From the human T2T-CHM13v2.0 reference genome, Homo sapiens, in assembly GCF_009914755.1 (NCBI RefSeq), contig NC_060939.1: a stretch of DNA of 64,000 bases; one strand, written 5' to 3'. Below are positions 12,415 through 27,559 of the stretch, in pieces. Each line of letters begins with the position of its first letter. Within the stretch, counting starts at the first letter, position 1. Below the pieces are notes generated by a model. That model ran no database searches, was not told the DNA's origin, and saw only the letters and a list, made by a program, of their open reading frames with translations. Made by a program: the position numbers and the translations under genes.

Positions 12415-13760
12415 TGGCAGTACTCCTAGGCAGACAAAATAATTAATGTTCTCTGTGTGAGTGCTCACAAAATTGTATCTATAGTATTATAATAATCTCA
12501 TCTAGTAGGTTCTAGTTTAGATTCCAAACCAGGTATAGTGCAAAACTAATTTAAAGGACCAATAAAGAGTTTTTAACTTTTTAATTTTGTTAACTTAAAA
12601 ACTTTTTTAAAGCTACAGCTATTATCACCAACATTTAACAAAAAAAGTATCTATTCCAAGTAAGTTAGAAGAACATAATCTCAGAATAAAAGACAATCTT
12701 TTAAATCAAATAAATTTATCTTTATTAAAGAAAACTGCACTTTTCTTAATTTTCTCACTTTGACCAAGGGCTGGTAAAAACTTCATCCAAATCTGATACC
12801 AGGCCCTGGCTGGAATCTGGGTACCAGTGATCCAGGTCACAGTCTTCTACCTTGTCAACAGGCAGCTTAGGGCTCACCCCACGCCTTTCTGCGATACAGG
12901 CACATGACACCTCCAGCATTCTCGCTATCCAGGACAGACCTGGCACCCAGGAGATACTCACATCCTCACCGAACCGATCCACCAGTCCAGCAGCTAAACA
13001 GGACAGAGTCTGGCATTACATGCTCTTAACAAATACATACTGGAACACAAACATATATACACACACACACTTTAAAAGTCAAACTCAGTTTTCAAGTATT
13101 GGAGTGATTTTACACATATACAATATAATCACTGAAAGAATGAAATTCACATAATGAGAGGAAGATAAAGAGAAAGCCTACACAAAAGCTGACTACTTTG
13201 ACAGAGTACTCTATTTCAATTCCAGGCTCCGACATAAATCTCTTGAAATGTCTGGCATAAAATAACACAGTCTTCCCTTTACTCCTAAATCTGAAAGTTA
13301 GTCTGTGTGTGTGCCTGGGTAAGGTAACAGTTTAAGCCAGGTGGTCTGAGAGGTCCTTTCGTTCAGTCCCTCAGTAAACATCTCAGTGTCTACCACATTC
13401 CTGGCACTTTGTGAGACATCAAGACCACAAAGTTGAAGTAGGCACAATACCCATCTCAGAGTTTCATGTATCAGGAAAGCTGAAAATTACTAACATAAAC
13501 CACAATCTAAATTAAATTACTAGTCATTTTCTTCTGTTTTCTTTACTTAATAAAAGATGAGGATCATTTTGAAATTAGGCTTAAGTTCCAACAGTGCACA
13601 TGGTGACAGCACACAAATAAACAACTCATTTTGTGTTCTAATTTTCATCTGCTTATTGAATTAGAAGTTCAAACTTTGGGCAACTGAAGTAGGATACCCT
13701 TGGACCCAAGGCATTATGCCAAAGCAAAGCATGCAATACCATATCTCTAACAATTAATTC

Positions 13761-14008
13761 TTTTTATTTTTATTTTTTTTTTTAAGTTCTGGGATACATG
13801 TGCAGAATGTGCAGGTTTGTTACATAGGTATATACGTGCCATGCTGGTTTGCTGCACCCATCAACCCCGTCATCTAGGGATGACGCCGGGAATTTCAAGC
13901 CCCGCACGCATTAGGTATTTGTCCTAATGCTCTCCCTTCCCTCATCCCCCACCCCCAACCCCCCCGACATGCCCCGGTGTGTGATGTTCCCCTCCCGGTG
14001 TCCATGTT
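13761..14008 (-). mobile_element. L1PA (PA7/8-like) 3' end, about 250 bp, 5'-truncated
   Basis: poly(T) then aagttctgggatacatgtgcagaatgtgcaggtttgttacatagg...; degenerate TSD aacaattaattct / aacaataacttct. Confidence 0.85.
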
Positions 14009-14778
14009 GAACAATAACTTCTGCATCCCTGTATATAGCCACAGGTGATGTGGCCAGGTTTTCTATTGATTCTGATAGTCACAAAGGCAAGAACTATATT
14101 ATTCACTCCCTCTTAGTAAAAGCTCTAGCCTAGTCTAGGTCTTTAGATCACCAATAGTTCGGTAACTTTCCACTTGTCTTCCAGATTTCATGGGTAGAGC
14201 AGTAGGCTACAGGCCAACAAAGAGCAAATGGTAGCAGTGAGAGATGTGACAGGCGAGGTAAAGCAGGAAACAGAGACCACAACAGGGCAGCCAGACAGAA
14301 CACAGCCAGGATGGGTGCAGGAAGGCCAGAATGAGAGGGTAAGAACAGAAGGGGAGAGGAAGGGGGCAAAAGACATCCTAATTCAGGACCGGCTAAATGT
14401 TGGGTAAGGATAAGTCAGGTACAAACAGAATGCTGGGTGATAGAGCCGTCATGTATGCATGTACAGATTTCAGCTATGATTTGGCCGCCAATGCAATAAA
14501 AATTAACACAGGTCAGAGAATTCCTTAATGGGCAACTAAAAGGTTCAGACTTAGTGTTACAGCTCTTTTAGAATTTCTCTAAAAATAATACGGATTTAGC
14601 TGCCATTTCTGGGACAAGAAAAGCACAGTCAGAAACTTGGTTTACAACTTCCCCAGAAAACTCTGACTTTTAGCAATTTTATAGAATTGATAACCCTCAG
14701 TGAGAAAGTTCTTCAAGTTTATGCATACTTAGTAACACCTTTTCTTAGCACATATCTTAAATTTAAAAGCTAATTTTA

Positions 14779-15090
<312 letters not shown>

Positions 15091-15641
15091 TAAAAAAAAT
15101 TTTAAAAAATTAAAAAGCAAGCACTGACATTTACAGCTAAGACCATGTTGTTTCTGAGTGTGAAATCATAGTATGCAGAGTGGAGGAATCAAAGCCTAAG
15201 AACCAGGCCTGTTCAGAGTAAACGAAGTCAAAGTTCAATAGCTCATAGGCACTCATTCAAGATGAGTACTGTTTCCTCGTCCCTGCATTTTAAATGCTCA
15301 GAGTGACTAAGACTAAAACAGAGCACACAGGGAGCAAGGGTTACTTAGTAATTCTACTGTTCACTCTGAGGAAAAGTACAAATGATTAATTAGTACACAC
15401 TGTTGAGTGAAAAGCACTAACAAAATCAAGGGAAAATATTTATGACTCCCATAGTAAAGTTTAAAAAACACTTTTTAAACTTTCATATGGAACCAAAGTT
15501 TGGTGTTTTTAATATTTTGTCCCTATATAATATTTAAAATTTTAAAGTTTCCACATTTGTTCAATTTTTACCTACAAAATTCTAATTATTTTACCGATTT
15601 GGCTTTAAGTAATGAGTCAGATTTTACAATGCTGATAGTAG

Positions 15642-15965
<324 letters not shown>

Positions 15966-16173
15966 GATTTCAGGTTTAAAACAGGCTTTCCTAAGTATCT
16001 GGCTACTTCCCCTAATAATCGCATTAAACAACTGACTTTTCCTAATTATTATACAATTGTTATACAATTCAAAATACCATACCAATATTCTGTATGCTCT
16101 AAAACAAACCCCTTTCTACCACCAATCCCTACTTCCATCTCTAAGGTCACCTATAGCAAATTTTGTTCTAAAG

Positions 16174-16417
16174 CAGTGATTCTCAACTGTGAGATTTTTG
16201 TCCCCCAGAGGTAGGGGACAAAAAAAAATTGGCAATGACTGGTGGCATTTTGGTGTGGCAACTAGGTCGCAACTAGGTGGTGGGGGATAAGGGTACTACT
16301 ACTGGCATCTAGTGGGTGGAGGCCATCTTTGTTGCTATACACAGGACAGCCTGCCCGTCCAACTATGAATTATCTGGCCCCAAATGTCAATTAAGTGTCT
16401 CTGCTGGGAAAAGCCTG
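16174..16417 (+). mobile_element. MER20 hAT-Charlie DNA transposon
   Basis: cagtgattctcaac...tactggcatctagtgggtggaggcca...gaattatctggccccaaatgtcaat; ttctaaa on both flanks. Confidence 0.8.
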
Positions 16418-16857
16418 GTTCTAAACTGAAACAAGCAAATTTGCAAATACAGCTGACAACTTCAAAAAACAATTGCCAAGCAAGTAATTCAAAGTTCACT
16501 AAGCTCTGTTATTGGTATAGAGACACACACATAATAAAGGCGTCTTTTTATACTATCAAAATGCATTAAAATGATTAATCATTAATGCAATAAGTGGCAA
16601 ACACGTCAGCAAAGAGTACTTTTACTACCCAAGCAATTAAACATATACATCTTTTCAAAAAGAAATTCGGGAGACAAAAAAGGAAATGAGGTAATGACAT
16701 TCTTGACAGTTCCTTTTTCTCCTCTCAGTCACTAGACTTTTAACTGGAGAAAGTTTAATGAGAGAAGGGAAGTTAACCACATGATACTAGTCGGCAGAAT
16801 AATCTTAAACCAAAATACGTTGCTAAAGTATCTGTTAGAATCCTAACTAATGTTTAC

Positions 16858-16918
16858 CTGGCAAAAGGACTGGCTCCAGTTTTTTAATCTTCGGTTCCGA
16901 ATTGATCTTATCGTCAGT
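16858..16918 (-). CDS. MTMR10: MTMR10 coding exon 2 (TDDKINSEPKIKKLEPVLLP)
   Basis: AG 16920-16919, GT 16857-16856; 61 nt, phase 0 in, phase 1 out. Confidence 0.95.
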
Positions 16919-17149
16919 CTGAAATACATTAGCAAAATAAATCAAAATCTCAATCCCCCCACCCTCCGTAAAATGCTACAGCAAATGTTGTTTTCTAAGT
17001 GATGACACATGCGCAAGACACACAGCCCCCCATTTAAATTCTTTCGCATATTAACTGAGCTGTTTTTAAGATCTGCTCATTATCGACTTGGAAGCCTAAT
17101 AATAAAAAATGTTTAAACTGCCAGTGTCGCTTCCAGGTGTTCACATTTA

Positions 17150-18300
17150 TGACAGACGGGTAACCGCCTCGACCAGTGACCCCAAGCGCTGCAATCATGC
17201 TGGCGGTCATAGGAGGGAGGGTCGATGGGTTGGAAACTAAAGAAAACCCCAGCTCCCAAGGCTCCCCTGGGCCTCAACACTCCGCAAAACTACGGACGAC
17301 AGAACTTCGGGCAGAGAATGGCTGCAGAAGAGTTTTACAAGTTTTCGCCGAGCCAGTGGGGGCTCCCGAGAAGGCGCATTTCGCGGCGCCGGGAATCAGG
17401 CAGCCGCGCTGCTGTGGGCAGGGAGACGCGCGCAGCCTCCTGGGGTCCTCCAGTTCCCGGGGGTCGGCCTGGAGGCTCCACGGAAGCGCAGAGGAGAGTC
17501 GGGCGCTCGCGGGGAGGGGTTGTTTACCTGGGGCGGTGGCAGGAGGTAGGACCTGAAGGTGGGTTTGGGCGGCTTGAGGGAGAACATGGTGCCGCCGCCT
17601 TTTCGCCCCGTTCCCGTCGCGGGCCAGTGGCAGCGCCGACGCCTCCGGGCGTAAAGCTCTCAGTGCGGCCGCCCAGGCCCTTTCTGCGGCCAGCCGAGCC
17701 GGGCGGACTGACGGGCGGGGACACGGCGCAGCGCCCGCCCGAGCAGGGAGGGGCCGGGCACAGCCAGGCCGACGCGGGCGCCGGGGCCCATCCCCGGAAG
17801 GGGCCCGGTGCCCCGCCCCGAGAGACGGCGCGCGCAAGGCCGCGGCCCGCCGCTCCCTGACCGTGTCCCGTGCTAGTGCCGGAACGCAGCGGTGGCGCCA
17901 GGTGCCCGCTGGCGGGCCCTCAGCCGGGGCGCCGCGGGGAGCGGAGCCCGACGGCCATCTCAAGAGCGCGGCCTCTGGAGGGTCCTTCTACGGCGGCCCG
18001 CAGGGGTCAGGCGGCCCGCGGGGGCCTACGGCGGCCTGCGGGGGCCACGGCGGCAGCGGTGGCTGCCTGGGACGGCGGCGCGGGGCGTCTTCTGGCCGGG
18101 CTGCAGTCCTGGGACAGTTCCCTTGACTTACACATGGGCCGACTTCGCCCTCCGGCCTGGGCGAGCATTGTTTTGAAGCTCTCAAGGAGGAGCTCAGGGC
18201 AGGGAAAGGTGACTCGGGTCCAGGGGTCAGGCGGTCACCCCGTCTGCGCCCAGGATGCGAGGAACCGGCACTGGGAAAGTGGGCCGGTGCCGCCAAGCAC
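17150..18300. promoter_or_regulatory. CpG island / MTMR10 promoter
   Basis: Very GC- and CpG-rich block spanning MTMR10 exon 1 and its upstream region, with several GC boxes (GGGCGG/CCGCCC); boundaries approximate. Confidence 0.9.
17528..17587 (-). CDS. MTMR10: MTMR10 first coding exon (MFSLKPPKPTFRSYLLPPPQ)
   Basis: Strong Kozak context GGCGGCGGCACC-ATG at 17587; donor CAG|GTAAAC at 17528/17527; recognised MTMR10 N-terminus. Confidence 0.96.
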
Positions 18301-18656
18301 AGGTCACTTCTGAGCTCTTACGGTAATTCTGACTGGAGCAGATTTTGGTGGGAGGGGGCTAGTGGTGTTACATTTTGGTGAATCTATTACTTGAGACTAG
18401 GTCCTTCTTATACCTTGAAGAATCAAACCCCAATCCAGCATTTTATGATTAATGCCACAGGGAAGCTTCCATGCAGCCATACCAGTCACAGTCACGCTGA
18501 TGAGTGTTACTCACAGGAACATTTAACAATTTAAATAAAGATTCAAAAAGTTATTCTTTTTCTGAAAATAATTTATCCTGGATTTAGAACCCTACTGATC
18601 TTTCAGGTTAACCTGTTTGAATTCCACTCTGCCCAAGAACCGTAACCATAATTGTA

Positions 18657-18811
<155 letters not shown>

Positions 18812-19126
18812 TAATTGTACTTTAAAATGTTAGTTCCATTGGATTAGAAGTGTTAAAATCACTGTCGTGCACACTTTTTAAAAAATTTTTATGAATATGC
18901 TGTTATTCCTCTATATTCAACGGATATTTTCTACAAATACTCTTTAAGCAATAATTGGCTTTTTCTTTACACTTAAATGACTCTGTGATTTGGGTTTTTC
19001 TGTACAGGTTTTCTTAGGATCTGCAATTCTAATATGTGACCATACAACTGAAAAGTGGAAAAACTCTATTTCCAGATTTATTATTGTCTTAACACTAAAT
19101 TTTATGGCATTTCCCAGATATCTGGT

Positions 19127-19531
19127 TGTATTAGTCTGCTCAGGCTGCCATAACAAAATACCACAGGTTGATGGCTTAAAGAGCAGACATTAATTTCTCA
19201 CAATTCTGGAGTATAGGAAGTCCAAGATCCAGGTGTTGGCAAGGTAGGGATCTGCCTAACTTGTGGCAGGCAGACAGGTGAGGGCTCTCTGCCGGATTTG
19301 CAGATGGCTGCCATCTCACCATGTCCTCACACAGTGCGGGGAGGGTATATAACATGCTCTCTGGGATCTCTTGATGTCTCTTCTTGTAAGGACGCTAATC
19401 CTATCAGATTAGAGCCCCACTCTTACTACCTTATTTAACTTTAATTACCTCCTAAAATCTCCAAATGTAGCCATACCAGGGGTTAGGGTTTCAACATTAG
19501 CATTTTGGAGGAACACAATTCAGTCCGTAGA
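19127..19531 (-). mobile_element. MLT1 (MaLR) solo LTR
   Basis: tgtattagtctgctcaggctgccataacaaaataccacag...aacacaattcagtccgtag. Confidence 0.8.
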
Positions 19532-19571
19532 ACTAGTTTTATAACCTCTTCTCAGACCCTGATGCCCTTGA

Positions 19572-19935
<364 letters not shown>

Positions 19936-20089
19936 TCACCCATTTTTCTGACTACACCTCTGTTTCCATTATTGGATCTTCTATCATTGGGAATGGTAGC
20001 ATTCTCTAAAGATCACTTCCTTTTCCCTATCAAGAAAAAATAAAGCTAACATTTCTTGAATACTGATCAGGTGCTAGGAACTTTATATA

Positions 20090-20840
20090 TTCATTCAGCA
20101 CTCATTCAGTGAACTCATGAATTTGTATTGAGTACTAACATTGTGCCAAGCACTATTCCGGACACTAAGACAAAGTTTCTACTTTCATGGCATTTTCATT
20201 CTCGGTAGAAAGATAAAAAATTAATATATAGCATGTCAGGTGGTAATGAGTGCTGTGAAGAAAAATAAAACATAGTGAGAGAAAGGTGGTTCCATTTTTC
20301 AGTGGGGAGTTGGATATGGTCAGGGAAGGACTTTCTGAGTATAGGACATTTGAGCAGAGACAAAAGGAGTAAGGGAAAAGGCCAAGTACACATGAGGAGG
20401 AAGAGCATTTGGGACAGAGAAGATTAGCTGTGCAAATGCCTTGAGGTGAGCGCCTTCGAGGGGTGTTTGAGGCCAGTGTGGCTAAAGCAGCCTAATGCAG
20501 TCAGGGAGGAGGGCAGAGGGAAACACAGGCCAGATCACAGAGGCCCCAAAAATTGAGAAGATTTTATAAGGTTTTGAGGTAAGAGTGCTATGATCTGACT
20601 TGTGTTTTAAAATAATCATTTTGACTGCTGTAGTGTGCAGCAGGGTGGCCTTTGGAAGACCAGTTGGGGCCTGTTATAACAGTCCAGATAAGAGAAGGTG
20701 ATGGTGGTAGCAGGGGAAGTAGTTAGAAGTGGTTATACATAATGTTTGCAAAACGAGGCCATGGCTTGAGTATGTGGTCTTTTAAGATGACTACTAAGTA
20801 ATTTAAGACATCTGTTTCTTGAGGGAGAATTGTGGAAAGA
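20090..20840 (-). mobile_element. L2 remnant
   Basis: ttcattcag...tattgagtactaacattgtgccaagcact...ggccagtgtggctaaagc...gatctgacttgtgttttaaaa. Confidence 0.7.
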
Positions 20841-21467
20841 TGACAACAGCAGCATACTTTTTCAATCTCTGCATAAAAACAGACAAAGCAACTATATGGC
20901 AAAACCAAAACCCAAGGACAACATCTATAACAAATCCAAATGAAATGGTATCCCCTTGATCTCAAAAATATAAATGCGTGGGAACAAACCAATAGCAATA
21001 ATATGGCAATAATAAGTAATAAGACCCTTGTGGTATCAGCATAGAGAATCAATGAGGCATCTGGAGAACCCCAAAATAGCTGCAAAGTGTTCCCTGGAAG
21101 GTCCAGCCAGTCAAGTTGAGAACAGCAGCAGAAACAGGAAAGGGTATTTGCCTTCTCTAAAAACGTGAGAATGCACGAGCCTCCTGGTAAAGTCTGGAGG
21201 GGCTGGAGTAATGTAGCTGCAGGAACTCTTGAAACTAATCTACTAGGCTTCCTTGCAGGAAAGAGACCTACACTGCTGGCAAACTGTTGGGCATGGAAAC
21301 AAAATTGAGCTAAATAGAGACAATAGAGAGAAAGGAAAAAGAAGTTCTAGGTAAAAATGGAAAACTAGGAAATCTCCAAAAGTAAGCCAACTTTTCAAAT
21401 AAAAAAGAACGAAACCCACAACACTAAGCAGTAAAAACGGAAGTTCTCTATGAAGTTAGAAAAACTA

Positions 21468-21789
<322 letters not shown>

Positions 21790-22656
21790 CTATCCTTAAA
21801 ACTGCCTCCTTCAAAAAGTTCAAGAAAACCAATTTCACATAAAAATAATCACATGAAAGTATGGAAGTCAAATCACATAGAAAATTATTGTAATGAAAGA
21901 CAATAAGAACAGAATAGCACTCATATCCACAATAAAAGCATACCAGAAAGGATGCCCACAAAACAGATAAAAACTAACATCCACTATTTCACAATGAGCC
22001 AAAAGATACTAAGAAAATGATATGAAACATGAAAAGAACTATGTAAATCAGAACTAGAAACATTCAAAATGAAATGAATAAATTCAAAATAGAATCAGAA
22101 ATCAGAATCTGAAATTAAGAATAAAAGAAACCCAAGGATGAATAAACACAATTGATTATTCTTTAAGAGAAGATGAAAAGGAGAAAAATTCTAAAAAATC
22201 AAAAATCAATGAAGGAAGTTAAACAGATTAGAAAGAAAGTCTAGATATTGAAAACAGGCAAAGGAGAACTAACAAATAGATAATAGGAGTTCCTGGGGGA
22301 AACAAAAAGAGGGAGGAGATAAGGAAACAGAACAAATACTACAAACTGTAGTTTAAGAAAACTTACCTGAAATTAAAAGAAAATATTTGAAACTGCATAT
22401 TGAAAGAACACATTGCACCTGAGAACATTGATCTGGGCTTACCAGCACTAAGACACATTCTTCTAAACCTACTGGGTCTTGAAGAAACAACAATGAAAAT
22501 TTCTTTGGATATTTAGACAAAAAAAGCAAGTGACTTTCAGATGAAAGGAAATTAGATATTACCAGACGTTTTGGCAGCAATGCATTATGCCAGAAGAAAA
22601 TGGAGTAACATATTTAAGGTACTCATGGAAAGAAAATGTGAGAGAATAATAATTAT

Positions 22657-22980
<324 letters not shown>

Positions 22981-23896
22981 TTAAAATACATCACATATAT
23001 TTAAATCCATGAAGTCATAATGGTGTTTAAATAAACTAAACTATCAGTCACCTGGAAAAACTCTGATTTCCAGATTTGTTATTGACTGAAATGTCACATT
23101 TTCCAGATGTCTAGTTGTATTAGTGTGCTCATGCTGCTATAACAAAGTACACAGACTCTGGCTTAAAGAACAGAAATTTCTTTCTCACAGTTCCAGAGGC
23201 TGGGAAGTGTAAGACCAAGATACCAGCAAGGTAAAGGTTCTGGTGAGGGCTCTCTGCCTGGCCTGTAGACCACCTTCATCCTTTGGAGGATGGTAGAGAA
23301 CCAATTCATTATTTTTAAAACTGGCAAATGGGAAAAATCAATCAGTCATTATTTCTGCTGTGTAGTATGAACTATACCACTGTGTAATCAAGTAGTAGGT
23401 GAAAAGAATAATCTCTTTATAAATAATAGAATTTGAGTATTACAATTTTCAACCCTCTATAAATTAAGTGATCTAGGCATTGAGTATCAACAGTTGCTGA
23501 CATCACAAAAAGAGAGACAAGTAGACACATGTGCCTCCTTGTGTCTTAGAAAGAAGCTACACCATCTAAGGAGTCTTGCCAAAGGGATCAGACCTAAGCC
23601 TGAATAAGCCTCTGACTCCTCTTGCCAACCTGCAGAAACAGCAGAATATGTCAAACTGCCTATGAGCGTTCAATAAGTAAAGTTTAGACTGTGGGAAACT
23701 TTGCAAGACAAGTGGCCCATGTTCTTCAACAAAGAAATTGTTAAGGAAGAGAAAGAGAGAAAGGTAATACCAGATTAAAAGAGATTTAAAAGACCTTCAA
23801 ATAAAAAAGAGTAAGGCTAAACTATAGTGCTAAGGAACATTCAAGTGATACAACTATAATGAAATACAAGTATAGTGATTTTAAAACATATCTGCA

Positions 23897-24858
<962 letters not shown>

Positions 24859-27170
24859 GCAAGGAAAGGATTACTATAAAAATATAGTTACTTTTCAGGG
24901 AACAGAGGTGGTTGAGATAGGGACTTCTGAGACTTTTGGAGTAGCTGGAAAACTCTATTAATCTGAGTGGTGGTTACAAGGATATTCAGCTTACAATAAT
25001 TAATTAAGTCAGTTATTTATTTTGTGTGATTTTCTGCATTTTTATCTTAAGATAAAACCTTTAAAAGTCTTTTTTTGTGTGTAGGAGGTAGTAAGATGAT
25101 TTCATTTCACTTTATTTCTAATATATATTTAGCAAAAATGCATTTTTGGTGTTGAATAACTATATGACAACATTGACAGTTTGATTTTTAGATTTTAAAA
25201 CCTAAACTATGGAAGACTATAGGAACCTCATGATGATGAAGCATATATATGTATTCAGAATGTAAGCAGTCAAACAGCCTTAAAGGAGAGAGCCACATAT
25301 TATGAGGTCCTTTGATAGTTCAAGTCTTGATTGCCATTGATCAAAGTCCAAAACAAGCTTAATTTATACCAAATAATATATTAGAACTCATTTATGAGTA
25401 TGCCAGAGTTTTGGGGATAAAATAATAAAAGCCTTCTTATGTTACTATGTTTTACATAGCACAGAAATGTAATTCTTATTCATTTACTGATAGTTCTATA
25501 TTAAATGATTTGACCATATGCAGTATTCTTATTTTAATGTATTAAATACTGCTAGATTTGATTAGATTGGGTATTAGTTCTCAATATTTGGTTGTCCATA
25601 TTTAGACAAAATTGTAATGACATTGGGAATAATAATGTAATCATTAATAATGTAATACCAAGCGGTCTGGCATTGTGTCCTACATAGAACACTGTCAATA
25701 TTTGAGTTGTGCTGGGTTGGTAAAGTACTAATCAACTATATGGTATGATTTAAGGTATACAAGAAAGGTCTCAAGAATAGTCAGCCCAGTCACAGGTTCT
25801 GAAATCACACTGTTAGAATTCATCCATTTGGATCCGTAAGACAAAGATGCTTAGAAAATCCTACATCAGCTGACACCTTGGCATAAGACAGGAGTCACAG
25901 ATCTTAGTGAGACTTAAGGAAATGGAACTTGAGTCCCACACCTGAGGCACGGTGGGATGGACCTTGGTAAAGGGAGACTGTGTAATGAAGATATGGGGAG
26001 AATTCCAAAGACAGGCTTTATCTTCTGCAGACCAGCTCTGCTGAGGTGTTATAGATTCCCCAGCTTATTCTGAGAAATCTCTTTTCTAGGATATGGTAAA
26101 AGGCCGAAAGTTTTTTGACACTCAAAGGAAAGACTTAGGAGTGAGATAAAATGTAATAGGTTAAGTATTGAGTCAAATAAACACATGTGGCAGGATAGAT
26201 TAAATAGTCTTAATATAGCAATATGCAAATAAGTAATAGTTTATGTTAAATAAATGTTATCACTTTTGAAATATTAAAGCCCTACCCCACAACCCAGGCA
26301 ATGGTATATCAGTCTTTTTTGATAAATTCAGCCCAGTTCAAGAGTTCTAATCTGACTATTACAATCTCAGTCGTATTTTGAGGAAAAAGATGCAAAATCA
26401 CATTTTGGTATTGTCACCTCTGATCACTACCTTTGGCATAACTGCAATGAGCCTCTGTTGTAGAACAGGCTACAATCTTCCTCTGTCTGTTTCTGGGTCT
26501 CCCTCTGTGTGTTTCTGTCTTTCTGTCTCTTTCTGTACTCCTTTGCCAGTTTCTGGCAGTGCTACAATCTACACCTCAGATGAGAATGGGGATGGCGGTC
26601 TCATTTTTTGTGATCATCACCCATTTCTGTCTGACACATCTCCCAACCCTACCACCACCAATTCCTGGTTACTCTACCCAGTGGTCCTTTCTGGGTATGA
26701 GGCACTTTGCTTCATGATGTATCAGCTGCCAGTAACTCGAGGCTGGCCCTCTCTCTGTGCATCAGAGACCTCCTGAGATCTGAGTACCCTGAGGTTCTCT
26801 TGGGGGATGGTGAGGGGCTAGAGTCTAACTCTAACTTCTGCTCTAGCCGGAGAAGACCCCTTTCTGCCACCTCTGTTTCTTTTTGTATAGTTAAGAGTGG
26901 TGATGGTGGGGTGGCCTTCAGGGTTCCTAGACAGAGGCCCCTCTTGGAAGCCTCGCATGGGGGTCCTATTACTCTTGTGGGTATTTGTTTGAACTTTGAG
27001 GTGAAGCACAACACCTGGTATTCTCAGCTAAGAGCAGTCTCTGTGACTTGTGAACATATATCCTTTAGGTTTTAGCTACAGCTTTGTACAAAGCATTGCA
27101 TAGACAGGTACAACTAATTTGTATTTGCTATTAAGGACTCTATGACAAGAAGAAAATGCATATTGGATAC

Positions 27171-27176
27171 TTTATT
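27171..27176 (-). terminator. Likely TRPM1 polyadenylation signal (AATAAA)
   Basis: TTTATT on + strand; downstream on the minus strand is TTTTCTTCTTGTC (U/GU-rich element). Confidence 0.6.
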
Positions 27177-27427
27177 TTTGCACATTAACAAAACTCTAGG
27201 TCACCCTAAATTATTAGAGTATGATGTTTGATATAATTGTGTACTTTTTTTCCCATTGTGTAGTTTAAAATAAAACATTAAAACAGAAAACAAAGACCCC
27301 ATAAAAACATATTTGTGGCTCCTTCCCACTTATTGTGCCTCATAATTTTATTTTTCTTCTTTCCACCCCTCCCTTTTTTCATGTTTGCTTTCTCTTTAGT
27401 TTCTCTTTCTTACACAGTTGCTTACTT

Positions 27428-27559
27428 TTTTTTTTTTTTTTAAGAGATGGGGTATCACTATGTTGCCCAGGCTGGTCTCAAACTCCTGGACTCAAGCTAT
27501 CTTTCTGCCTTGGCCTCCCAAAGTGCTAGGATTACAGGCATGAGCCACTGTGCCCAGCT
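27428..27559 (-). mobile_element. FLAM/Alu left monomer in the TRPM1 3' UTR, TSD AGTTGCTTACTT
   Basis: TSD at 27416-27427 and 27560-27571. Confidence 0.85.

Noticed and set aside
17588-17665. In-frame ACG codons upstream of the MTMR10 ATG (possible N-terminal extension)
   Set aside because: At most about 10 extra residues, and no evidence beyond their presence; would need Ribo-seq
17176-18313. Many overlapping long ORFs (up to 229 aa) on both strands
   Set aside because: Expected from stop-codon scarcity in a CpG island; Arg/Gly/Pro/Ala-rich with no recognisable domain; only 17528-17587 is supported by splice joins
26378-27075. Cluster of 100-130 aa ORFs downstream of the TRPM1 poly(A) signal
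   Set aside because: Low-complexity, possibly degraded LTR sequence; no homology or splice support that I can recognise
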